Assembly (NCBI GenBank): GCA_964592795.1
Contig: CAZQHA010000001.1
Coordinates: forward strand, 1-33,041
Origin: an uncultured Planctomycetaceae bacterium
GTDB taxonomy: Bacteria > Planctomycetota > UBA1135 > GCA-002686595
Direction of reading: 5' to 3'
DNA length: 33,041 nucleotides
Shown: in pieces, positions 22,972-31,603 of the stretch
How positions within the stretch are numbered: the first letter of the stretch is position 1
Layout: each line of letters starts with the position of its first letter
Notes under the pieces: generated by a model
Told to the model about the DNA's origin: nothing
What the model saw: the letters and a program-made list of their open reading frames with translations, nothing else
The model's database searches: none
Made by a program: the position numbers and the translations under genes

Positions 22972-24792
22972 CCCTGACGCGGGATCGAAGCTCCATCCGC
23001 GTGCCTTCTCTAGCCGTCGCATGAGCTCGACGTTGCGCGGACCGAGGTCGAGTGCGAATACCAGCTCATCGCCAGGCTCCGGCGGCAAGAGTGGGAACCG
23101 CTTTGCCGTCCACGCGGTCGTGAGGCGGACGAACACGACGCCCGGATCGAGTTTCGCTTCTCGGACGGGCGCGAATGCCTGCTGCCGCAGGTCGATCTCT
23201 TGGCGCGCGACGGCGAAGTGATTGTGCAAGAGCAGCGCGCTCGAGGCGATCGACGCGATCCACACGCAACGTGAAAGCCTTGCGCCCACCTGCGCGAGCC
23301 CGTGAGCGCACACGAGCGCGAGCGCGGGCAGGCCCTCGCTCAGGTACAGCGGTCCGACCCACGGGATCCCCTGGAAAGGGTGCAGCGCGTAGAAGAAGAC
23401 GAGCGACGCGGGAATCGCGACCATCAGCCAACGCCGTCGAAACGGGGTCGCGGCGAGCACGAGCAAGAGTCCGGGGCTCCAGCCGGCGAGCCATGTCGAC
23501 AGGCGCGCGAGGTTGAAGCCCGTGTTGTCGATCGCGCCGAGAGCGGTCACGTTGCCGAAGCGGTCCTCGGGCGACGCGACCTTGGCGTACATCTGGTACG
23601 CGAACTCGAACGGCGAACCGGTGAGCGTGCGGTTCATCCACAGGAGCCACAGCACACCCGGAAGCGCGCCGGCGATCGCCGCGCCGAGCAGCGGCAACGA
23701 GCGCTTCGGCCGCTCGATCGCGAGCATCGCGACGATCGGCAGCGCGACGGCGATCGCGGTCACGGGACGCGCGGCGAGCGTGACCGAGAACGCGAAGCCG
23801 CACAGCAGCGCTGGCGCGACCGATTGGCGCTCGATCGCGACGACCGCGCTCCACACGAGGAGCGCGCAGAAGGGGATCGTCGTCGTGTGCGACAGCCACA
23901 GGCTCTCGACGCCGATCGCGAGCGGCGAGAGCGCGAGGAACCACGCCGCCCACGCGGGCTTCGCGACTCCGAGTCGGCGCGCGAGATCCCATGTGAGCCC
24001 GATCGCGAGCATCGCGAGGAGGCGCGGCAGGAGCTCCGGGAACCCGACGCGCTCGCCGATCGAGAGGAGCGCGGAGTGCGCCGGCGGGTACTTCGAGAAG
24101 AGCCGGCCTTCCGACTGCGCGACTTGTCGCGCGGGGAAGAAGTCGGCGAGCCCCTGCGCGTCGTAGGCGATCTCGCCGCGCGCGAAGAGCCGCGATTGGA
24201 AGAGGTACGCGTGCTCGTCGTTCGTGATCGGCTCGCGGTCGAGCGCGATGCGGGACACGATCGCGGGCGCGAGCGCCGCGAACAGCATCGCGAGCGCGAC
24301 CGAGGCTCGCTCGCGCCCGTGCGGCGTGGTCGGTGCGACCTTGGCATCGCGTCCGGCGGGCCATGTCGCGCACGCGACGACGCACAGCCCGGCGCCGATC
24401 GATCGGAACGCGTCGTCGAGATCGAGGTAGTGCTTCGCGCCGAGCGCCTCGCGCGTCGCCACGAACGAGGCGACCTCCGGATTGAGCGCCACGTACCACA
24501 CCGCGCAGCACGCGAGCTTGAACCAGGCGCTCCGCGCGCCGAACCACTTCGACGTCGCTAGACCGGCGAGGATCGCGATGGCGAGCGCGGCTGCGTGCAA
24601 CGGCGCGCGAGCCGCCGCGAAGTCGGCCGCGAACTGCGCCAGCGTGCGCGCGCGCGGCAAGAGGCCGCACTCCGCGCCCCACCACGTCCAGCGCATCACG
24701 AGCGCTCCGGACGGATCGTCGATCGCTCTCGCGCCGATGCCGAGCACGACGAGGCCGAGGAGTGCCGTGACGATCGCGGCCCATCGACGCAT
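22951..24792 (-). CDS. Polytopic membrane protein, GT-C fold glycosyltransferase-like (ArnT/PMT, GT39/83-like)
   Basis: At least 10 hydrophobic segments. An early loop motif, PITNDEHAYLFQSRLFARGE, is followed by KYPPAHSALLSIG, as in polyprenyl-phosphate-sugar dependent GT-C enzymes. An extra ~150-aa N-terminal membrane region makes the start uncertain. Confidence 0.6.
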   Translation of the reverse strand: MRRWAAIVTALLGLVVLGIGARAIDDPSGALVMRWTWWGAECGLLPRARTLAQFAADFAAARAPLHAAALAIAILAGLATSKWFGARSAWFKLACCAVWYVALNPEVASFVATREALGAKHYLDLDDAFRSIGAGLCVVACATWPAGRDAKVAPTTPHGRERASVALAMLFAALAPAIVSRIALDREPITNDEHAYLFQSRLFARGEIAYDAQGLADFFPARQVAQSEGRLFSKYPPAHSALLSIGERVGFPELLPRLLAMLAIGLTWDLARRLGVAKPAWAAWFLALSPLAIGVESLWLSHTTTIPFCALLVWSAVVAIERQSVAPALLCGFAFSVTLAARPVTAIAVALPIVAMLAIERPKRSLPLLGAAIAGALPGVLWLLWMNRTLTGSPFEFAYQMYAKVASPEDRFGNVTALGAIDNTGFNLARLSTWLAGWSPGLLLVLAATPFRRRWLMVAIPASLVFFYALHPFQGIPWVGPLYLSEGLPALALVCAHGLAQVGARLSRCVWIASIASSALLLHNHFAVARQEIDLRQQAFAPVREAKLDPGVVFVRLTTAWTAKRFPLLPPEPGDELVFALDLGPRNVELMRRLEKARGWSFDPASGQLRPLH

Positions 24793-24838
24793 GTTCCAAA
24801 CCTATCATCGCCCGGAGTGCGTTGATAGCCTGCTCGAC

Positions 24839-26248
24839 GTGTCCATCCTGCGCGTGATGTTCGTCGCGATCACCGTCTTCGTCGCGAGTTGTCGCGACGA
24901 GAATCCGCCGCCGAACGTGCTCTTGATCTCGGTCGATTCGCTGCGGCGCGATCACGTGAGCGCGTACGGCTACGCGAACCCGACGAACCCCGCGGAACCG
25001 ACGACGCCGAGCGTCGAGCGATTGGCGAAGCGCGGCGTGCTCTTCGACGACGCGGTGAGCACGACTTCGTGGACGCTGCCGGCGCACATGGCTCTGCTCA
25101 CGGGGCTCCCCGACGCGCTGCACGGCGTCACCGACAACGGCGCGAGCCTCGATCCGTCGCTCGAGACGCTGGCCGAGCTCCTGAAACGCCACGGCTACGC
25201 GACCGCGGGCTTCTTCAGCGGGCCGAACCTCCATCCCGTGTTCGGATTCGACCAAGGCTTCGATCGCTACGTCGACTGCAGCGGCGTGCGCGTCAGCGGG
25301 GCGGATCTCAAGACAGCGGGCGCGCAAGGCTTTCGCGAAGCGAACCAGTCTTCGCACCAAGCGGTCACGAGCCCGCTGGTCCTCGCCGAGTCGGCGCACT
25401 GGATCGAGGATCGCGTGAAGTCGAAGCAGCCCTTCTTCGCGTTCACGCACTGGTGGGATCCCCATTACGACTACCTGCCGCCGGCGCCGTTCGACCGCAT
25501 GTACGACGCGAGCTACACGGGCTCCGTGCGCGGCGTGCACAAAGGCGAGAAGGATCGCGTGCTCGAGGGCGCGGATCTCGTGCATCTGAAGTCGCTCTAC
25601 GACGCCGAGATCCGCTGGACCGACGAGCACATCGGCAAGCTGCTCGATCACCTCGATCGACTCGGCGTCTTGGAGAACACGCTCGTCGTGTTCACGTCCG
25701 ACCATGGCGAGGAGTTCTTCGAGCGCGGCCGCTGGGGGCACCAGCGCACGCTCTACGACGAGGTGGTGCGCATTCCGCTCGTGATCAGCTTGCCGAGCGC
25801 GATGGCTTCCGGCACTCGCGTCGCCGCGCAAGCGCGCTTGCAGGACATCTATCCCACGATCGCCGAGCTGTGCGGCGTGCCGGTGCCGGTGTACGTCGAG
25901 GGCCGCAGCCTGCGCGGTGCCGCGTCGAGCGACGCGCACGCGCAGTCCCTCCACCTCGACGTCCCGTACATGGGCGTGAAGATGACCGGCGCGCGCACGA
26001 GCGACGCGAAGGTGCTCTGGGACTCGACGGCGCGAAACGGTCAGGTGTTCGACCTCGCGCAGGATCCCGCGGAGCGCGATCCGCGCACGTTCGCCGAGCT
26101 CTCGGACGCGCCGGCGGCTCTGATCTCGACGTTCGGCGAGCTCGAACGACGGCGCGTCGCGCTCCCCGAGCGGACGAACGCGTCGCGCGTGAAGCTGCCG
26201 CCCGAGCTCGAAGCGCAGCTGAAGTCGCTCGGCTACCTCGGCGACTGA
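24839..26248 (+). CDS. Sulfatase-fold (alkaline phosphatase superfamily) lipoprotein with Thr in place of the formylglycine Cys
   Basis: The GTG at 24839 gives MSILRVMFVAITVFVASC (lipobox-like); the ATG at 24857 is an alternative. Also present: NVLLISVDSLRRDH, TSWTLPAHMALLTG and VVFTSDHGEEF. The listed 24482 start overlaps the divergent gene. Confidence 0.8.
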   Translation: MSILRVMFVAITVFVASCRDENPPPNVLLISVDSLRRDHVSAYGYANPTNPAEPTTPSVERLAKRGVLFDDAVSTTSWTLPAHMALLTGLPDALHGVTDNGASLDPSLETLAELLKRHGYATAGFFSGPNLHPVFGFDQGFDRYVDCSGVRVSGADLKTAGAQGFREANQSSHQAVTSPLVLAESAHWIEDRVKSKQPFFAFTHWWDPHYDYLPPAPFDRMYDASYTGSVRGVHKGEKDRVLEGADLVHLKSLYDAEIRWTDEHIGKLLDHLDRLGVLENTLVVFTSDHGEEFFERGRWGHQRTLYDEVVRIPLVISLPSAMASGTRVAAQARLQDIYPTIAELCGVPVPVYVEGRSLRGAASSDAHAQSLHLDVPYMGVKMTGARTSDAKVLWDSTARNGQVFDLAQDPAERDPRTFAELSDAPAALISTFGELERRRVALPERTNASRVKLPPELEAQLKSLGYLGD

Positions 26249-28416
26249 CGCGCGCGCCACACGACCGCCGCCAAGAACGCGACGAGCAGGATCTGCGGGA
26301 TCCAGCTCCACAGCACGAACGGCCGGAAGCGGAGGTCGACCACGCGCGTGCCCGCCGGCACGACGACTCCTTGGTAGAAGTCGTCGATGCGAACCGGCGT
26401 CCCGACGCTCGACTTCCACTGCGGCCAGTACTGCTGGCTGACGAAGAGCAGCGTGTCGTGCTCGGAGGGATCGAGCTCGAAGCGCAGGTGATCGTCGCGT
26501 GTCAGCGTGCGGCGCACGTTCGAGTCCCGATGGGCGGACAGCGGCTCGGCGATCCGCACGTCGACACCGTCGCGCTCGAACCGAGAGATCCGCGCTTCGA
26601 GCAGAGGCGGCTCCGCGGATCGGTAGAGACGCACACCGTCGACTTCGCCGGCGCCCTCGAGCTTCGGCACGTTGAGCCTGCCCGCGACCACGAACAACCC
26701 CAGCCCCGTGTAGGGGATGTGCTCCGATTCCAGCCGCGACGCCGTCGCGATGCGCTTGAACTGCCGCCCGTAGGTCTTCGCGCCCTTCTCGCTGAGGCGC
26801 AGCACGAACTCCTGATACGCGCGCGACGACAGCGAGTTGTACGAGTGGATGCTGCGCAGCTCGAGCTCCGCCTCTTGGTTCGGCGGCAGGAGTCGCGGCT
26901 GATCGTTGCCGACGCACGCGTAGCGCACTCCGCCGGCGGTGAGCTCGCGGATCTTCTCGACGAGCGGCGAGGTGACGTGGATGTCGTCCTTGGGCCGCGT
27001 GAGGAGCATGCGGTGCCCATAGTGGAACACCGTCGCGACGACAAGCAGCACGAGCCACGCGGCGTGTCGGTGCAGGAGAAACACGATCGTGACCGCGACG
27101 AACGCGATGCTCGTGCCGATGTAGTCCCAACGAGCGTGCACGGTCGCGGGCGCGTAGAAGAGGAGCGCCAGCGGACACGCGGCGATCGCCACGGCGAGGA
27201 TGCGCGGACGCAGCGGCTCTCGGAGCACGCGGTCGATCGTGAAAGCTCCCGCGACCGCCCAGGGCACGACGCCGGCGCGCAGCGGCACGAAGCGCGACAA
27301 GTTGAGGCCCAAGTGGTCGACCCCGAACAAGTACGCCGCGTGCCACACGGTCAACACGAACGTCAGCACTCCGAACGCGAGCCACGGCCACGATCTGCGC
27401 CACGCGCCGTTCATCCACGAGAGGATGAACATCGCGACGAAGAACGGCGTGAAGCACAGCCCGTTGAAGACGTCCTGGTCCTCGATCGTGATCGGGTTGC
27501 CCTGCCACAGCGCGTCGAAGACCTTCGCGAAGTAGAGCGCGACGTCGCCCGCTTCGCGGATCGCCGGCAGGCGTACGAGGAAGAACTCGGGCTCGGTATC
27601 GAGCCGCGCCGACTGCCCGGCTTGGATCGCGAGATCGAGGTAGATCGGCGCCGAGAGCAGTACGCCGCACAGCGCCGCGCCGAGCATGGCCAGAGCGAGC
27701 TTCCGCTTGTCGCGCGCGTCGAAGAGCCGGACCAGCGCGTACGCCACGATCAGATACGCGTGCCACACGATCTGCTGCGGGTACGCGGTGATGAAGAGGA
27801 GGTACGTCGCGAACGCGATCCCGCCGCCGTATGCGAACGAAGGACGCTCGACGAAACGCGTGATCAGCCACAAGAGCGCGAACGTCCACGCGACCCCGGA
27901 CAAGAGCTGCACGACGCCCAGGTAGTGGATCGAGAACGGTCCCATCGACACGCCGGCGGCCGCCGCGAAGCACGCCCACGGGTGCAGGCCCAGCGCGCGG
28001 AAGAAGAGGAACGCGAACGCCGCCACCCCGGCGACGGCCGTGATCGCGAGCCACGTCGCCATGACGAACTCGTCGGAGAGGAACCAGCCCAGCACGCGCG
28101 TCAGCGGCGAGCTCGGTCCGAAGCCCGCGACTTGGATCGACGGACGGCCGAGCTCGACGTGCGGGTTCCACGTCGAGAGCCACGACTCGTGATCGCCGTG
28201 GAGATGGTGGCGGATCTCGGGGACGTAGACCGAGCTCTGGTCCGAGAACTTGCGGTTCGAGCGGTGCTCGCTCGGCGCGCGCGATTCGATCCCGAGCTCG
28301 AGGCCGTTGTCGTGCGGATAGACGACCTCGCCGCGGACGAGCAGCGGCAGGAAGAACGCGCCGAGGAGCGCGGCGAGCGCGAGGAACGCCGCCTTGTAGC
28401 TCGGCGGCGCGCTCAT
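26233..28416 (-). CDS. Large polytopic membrane protein, YfhO-like GT-C glycosyltransferase candidate
   Basis: 727 aa. About 12 hydrophobic segments are followed by a ~230-aa soluble domain and a final TM. The N-terminal loop contains ...SWLSTWNPHVELGRPS..., which resembles the YfhO-family WNP...G.P motif. ATG at 28416. Confidence 0.6.
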   Translation of the reverse strand: MSAPPSYKAAFLALAALLGAFFLPLLVRGEVVYPHDNGLELGIESRAPSEHRSNRKFSDQSSVYVPEIRHHLHGDHESWLSTWNPHVELGRPSIQVAGFGPSSPLTRVLGWFLSDEFVMATWLAITAVAGVAAFAFLFFRALGLHPWACFAAAAGVSMGPFSIHYLGVVQLLSGVAWTFALLWLITRFVERPSFAYGGGIAFATYLLFITAYPQQIVWHAYLIVAYALVRLFDARDKRKLALAMLGAALCGVLLSAPIYLDLAIQAGQSARLDTEPEFFLVRLPAIREAGDVALYFAKVFDALWQGNPITIEDQDVFNGLCFTPFFVAMFILSWMNGAWRRSWPWLAFGVLTFVLTVWHAAYLFGVDHLGLNLSRFVPLRAGVVPWAVAGAFTIDRVLREPLRPRILAVAIAACPLALLFYAPATVHARWDYIGTSIAFVAVTIVFLLHRHAAWLVLLVVATVFHYGHRMLLTRPKDDIHVTSPLVEKIRELTAGGVRYACVGNDQPRLLPPNQEAELELRSIHSYNSLSSRAYQEFVLRLSEKGAKTYGRQFKRIATASRLESEHIPYTGLGLFVVAGRLNVPKLEGAGEVDGVRLYRSAEPPLLEARISRFERDGVDVRIAEPLSAHRDSNVRRTLTRDDHLRFELDPSEHDTLLFVSQQYWPQWKSSVGTPVRIDDFYQGVVVPAGTRVVDLRFRPFVLWSWIPQILLVAFLAAVVWRARQSPR

Positions 28417-28432
28417 GCGGCGTGGCGGGCGC

Positions 28433-30193
28433 TCAGTAGCCGCTCAAGCTCAGCATCGCGTCGCGCAGCGGGCTCAAGATCGCGAGCACTTCCGCGCTCG
28501 GCTGTTGCGGCGGCGGCGGGAGCAGATTGTTCAGCTCCTCGGGATCCGCGGCGACGTGGTACAGCTCCTCCGTGTACACCGGCGGCGTGTCCGGCGTGCC
28601 CTGCGGCGATCCGTCGTTCCCGCGTTGGATCTGCTTGCGCACGTACCGGTACGTGCCGTCGGTGACGGAGCGCGCGTGCGCGTTGAGCTCGACCATCGCA
28701 CATGAGTTCGCGGGCGGCGGCGGTTGGCACACCGGCGGGCCGGGATCGTACGGGCCCGCGGTCGTCGGTGTGTAGGGTCCGCTGGGCGTGAAGAACTGCG
28801 CGAACGAGTATTGACGCGCGCTCGGCGCGGACGGGTCGCGCAGCAACGGGTAGAAGCTCCGGCTGTCGAGCGGCGCGATCGGCTGCGCGAGGGAGACGCT
28901 CGCACCGCTGATCTCCGCGATCGTCCGCCACAGGTCGACAGCGTCGACGAGGCCCGAGCACTCGTGCGCGAGCGAGGGAAGCTTCGGCACCAGCGGCCCG
29001 CAGGCGAAGAACGGGACGTGCGTGCCCCACTCGTAGACCGAGCCCTTGCCGTGGCCCGTGTTGTGGTTCTGGTCGAGGACGGGGAACGCCGTGCCGTTGT
29101 CTCCGATGACGAGGAACATCGTGTTCGCGCGCTTGTCGGGAGCGATGCCGTCGATGAGCCGGCCGATCTCCGTGTCGATCGCCTCGAGCGTCGCGCGGAA
29201 GAAGATGCGCTCGAGCACGGCGTCCTCTTCGTCGAAGTCGACCTCGAGGTCTCCGGGAACGTACGGGCCCTGGCAGTTCGCCGGGTTCGAGAGCTGCGCG
29301 ACCGTCGCGGCCGAGAGTCGCTCGTACGGCGGGATCTGGTGCGGACCGTGCGGCGGCGAGTACGCGACCCACGCGAAGAAGGGCGCGGTCTGCGCGTTGA
29401 TCCACGCGGTCGCGTCGTTCGTCGCGATGTTCGCGCTCCAGTGGTCGACGTCGTACACCGGATTCGCGCTCGGCGTGAACACGTGCGTCACCGGATGGAC
29501 GGTGCCGTTGACGCCTTCGTAGGAGAGCGGCGAACCGGCGACGGCGTTGACCTTGCGGAAGACGTAGTGGTTCGTCGGGTTCGACATGAACCCGCGGAAC
29601 ACGTCGAAGCCGTTGTCGATCGGGTGGCCGTCGTCACCGGTCGCGGTCGTCAGGTGCCACTTGCCGAACGCGCCGCACGCGTAAGGAGTCGCGGCGACTC
29701 CCGACTTCAGGAGCTCCGGGAGGAGCTTCTCCGCGTCGGCGAGCGACGACGGCGACCCCGGCGGCGGAGGATCCGTGATCGACGCGATCCCGGTGCGGAA
29801 CGCGTAACGGCCGGTCATCAAGCAGGCGCGCGTCGGGCTGCACACCGGATTCACGTAGGCGTTCGTGAACCGGATGCCGCCGCCGATCGGAGCTCCGTTC
29901 GCGAGCACTTGGCCGCTCGCGATGCGCTCGAGGTTCGGCGTCAGCGCGTAGTCGAACGCGAGCGACGACGGCGTGCACGAGTACGGATACGGCACGTACG
30001 GCCCGTTCGTCCGGCCGTACATCGCGATCTTGTCGATCCCGACGTCGTCGAGCACGACGAGGACGATGTTCGCCGGCGCGCGCTTGTGCGGGCGGAGCGG
30101 CGACTGCGCCGAAGGCGAACCCGTGAACGTCGTGCCGCCCTGAACGAGCGAAAGACCCGCCGCGATCACGAAATGGAGGACCGACGTGCTCAT
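28433..30193 (-). CDS. Type I (formylglycine-dependent) sulfatase, exported
   Basis: Signal peptide from the ATG at 30193 (MSTSVLHFVIAAGLSLVQG). NIVLVVLDDVG, canonical CSPTRACLMTGR (Cys codon at 29842-29840), GKWHL and VIGDNG motifs. Confidence 0.9.
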   Translation of the reverse strand: MSTSVLHFVIAAGLSLVQGGTTFTGSPSAQSPLRPHKRAPANIVLVVLDDVGIDKIAMYGRTNGPYVPYPYSCTPSSLAFDYALTPNLERIASGQVLANGAPIGGGIRFTNAYVNPVCSPTRACLMTGRYAFRTGIASITDPPPPGSPSSLADAEKLLPELLKSGVAATPYACGAFGKWHLTTATGDDGHPIDNGFDVFRGFMSNPTNHYVFRKVNAVAGSPLSYEGVNGTVHPVTHVFTPSANPVYDVDHWSANIATNDATAWINAQTAPFFAWVAYSPPHGPHQIPPYERLSAATVAQLSNPANCQGPYVPGDLEVDFDEEDAVLERIFFRATLEAIDTEIGRLIDGIAPDKRANTMFLVIGDNGTAFPVLDQNHNTGHGKGSVYEWGTHVPFFACGPLVPKLPSLAHECSGLVDAVDLWRTIAEISGASVSLAQPIAPLDSRSFYPLLRDPSAPSARQYSFAQFFTPSGPYTPTTAGPYDPGPPVCQPPPPANSCAMVELNAHARSVTDGTYRYVRKQIQRGNDGSPQGTPDTPPVYTEELYHVAADPEELNNLLPPPPQQPSAEVLAILSPLRDAMLSLSGY

Positions 30194-30270
30194 GCCGACG
30201 CGGGAGCCGTCTGCCGCGGCTTCCAAGGGAAAGTCTACCGCCCGGGCTCCATTGCCGGCAGCCCGCGGGT

Positions 30271-31479
30271 TCAGCGCGCGTCGAGCTCGTACGCGAGCAT
30301 CTGCTCCGTCGCCGCCGGCCAATCCGTGTGCCGGCACTCTCCCGCGCCGTGCAACGGACACGCGGCCGGCCCGAGGAACGCGCGCCCGCCCTCGACGCGG
30401 TAGGCGAACGGCTCCCCGGTCAGCGGGTCGGCGGGCGCGCCGTCCGGAAACGCGGCGGCCAATTCTCCGAGATCAGTCGGGAAGATGCCTTGTCGCTCGC
30501 GACGATCGAGAAGCCCGAGCGCCACGCGGAACGTGGCGACGATCGACCGGTGGCGCTCGACGCGCGCGAGCGCGTTGCGGCACGACTCCACGAAGGCGTC
30601 GTCGCCGGCCGCTCCGCCGTCGGAGTCCGTCACGGAGCCTTGCGCGAGATCGAACGCCTCGCGCAGATTCGCGAAGTACTCGAGCGCCTCGCGACCGTCG
30701 GAGGCCACGCGGTCGTACAGCGCGAGAAACGACCGCAGCTCGCCCTCGATCATCTCGCGCGGATCGAACGCCGCCGATCGCGCGAGGAACGGCTCGAGCG
30801 CCGCGCGCATCTCGACCGCCGGGATCGTGCGCTGCTCGAGCATCAGGCGCGCCGCGCGGAGCGCTTGCTCCTCGATCGCGATGCGCGCCATCGTGCCGGC
30901 CAAGCTCGAGTCGTCGTACGCGTACGCGAGCGTGAAGATCGACGCCACGAGCTCCGCGGGGGCGATCTCGCACGGCTCGCGCTCGGCGGGATCCTTCGTC
31001 GCGTCGAGCGACGCGCGCCACGCGATCAAGTTCGCGGCGCGGCGCAGCACCGGCAGGCGCGGCGGCTCGTTCGCGATGCGCTGCCCGCGCTCCCAACACA
31101 GCCCGATGCGTTGTCGGAGCGGCATCCGGTCGAGCGTGAAGCTCGACGCGTCCCTCGCGACCGGGTCGCACGATTCGATGCGGACCCACGCGGCGAGCAC
31201 AGGACGCGCGCGCTCGACCCACGCCCGGCAGGCCCGGACCTCGGCCGCCGACGAGAGCGTGCGAAAGCTCTGGACGGGGCGAGTCCCGTCGTCGGTCGCG
31301 AGCGCCTGAAACGCGCGGTCCATCTCCACGAGCTGCGACCGGAGGTGCTCTCCGTCGGCACCGCCGACCAGGCGCTCCTCCGCGGGTCGCGCGAGATGGC
31401 GCAGCGTCTCGAGCCGTACTTCGCTAGCGGGGGTCGCGCCGGCGAGGAGGAGGGCGGTGGTGAGCAGGGGGGAGGGCAT
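30271..31479 (-). CDS. Secreted all-helical hypothetical protein (402 aa)
   Basis: The ATG at 31479 gives the hydrophobic N-terminus MPSPLLTTALLLAGATPASE. Composition is normal and helix-rich. The C-terminal motif P.DPLTGEPFAYRVEGGRAFL is seen in many uncharacterised envelope proteins. It is the first gene of the minus-strand trio that continues with the sulfatase and the YfhO-like gene. Confidence 0.55.
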   Translation of the reverse strand: MPSPLLTTALLLAGATPASEVRLETLRHLARPAEERLVGGADGEHLRSQLVEMDRAFQALATDDGTRPVQSFRTLSSAAEVRACRAWVERARPVLAAWVRIESCDPVARDASSFTLDRMPLRQRIGLCWERGQRIANEPPRLPVLRRAANLIAWRASLDATKDPAEREPCEIAPAELVASIFTLAYAYDDSSLAGTMARIAIEEQALRAARLMLEQRTIPAVEMRAALEPFLARSAAFDPREMIEGELRSFLALYDRVASDGREALEYFANLREAFDLAQGSVTDSDGGAAGDDAFVESCRNALARVERHRSIVATFRVALGLLDRRERQGIFPTDLGELAAAFPDGAPADPLTGEPFAYRVEGGRAFLGPAACPLHGAGECRHTDWPAATEQMLAYELDAR

Positions 31480-31603
31480 GAGCACTCCATCGGTCGATCG
31501 CCACGCCGAGCTTGCGGATCGGCCGGCGGATCGTCCGGGAAAGAGTTCCACGCGCCGGGTCGCGAGCGCACTGACCGGTTGATCCCCCAACCGAGGTCTT
31601 CAC

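Noticed and set aside
24482-24838. N-terminal extension of the sulfatase-fold ORF, including the ATG at 24791
   Set aside because: It overlaps the start of the divergent GT-C-like gene and has no signal-peptide character. The GTG at 24839 or the ATG at 24857 gives a lipoprotein-type signal sequence directly before the conserved domain.
23066-28183. A 1705-aa minus-strand ORF, the longest in the track, spanning four annotated genes
   Set aside because: The translation is extremely Arg/Ala/Pro/Gly-rich and low in complexity, with no recognisable motif. It runs out of frame or antisense across ORFs that carry clear domain signatures (GT-C, sulfatase-fold, YfhO-like). Long stop-free alternative frames are expected at ~70% G+C.
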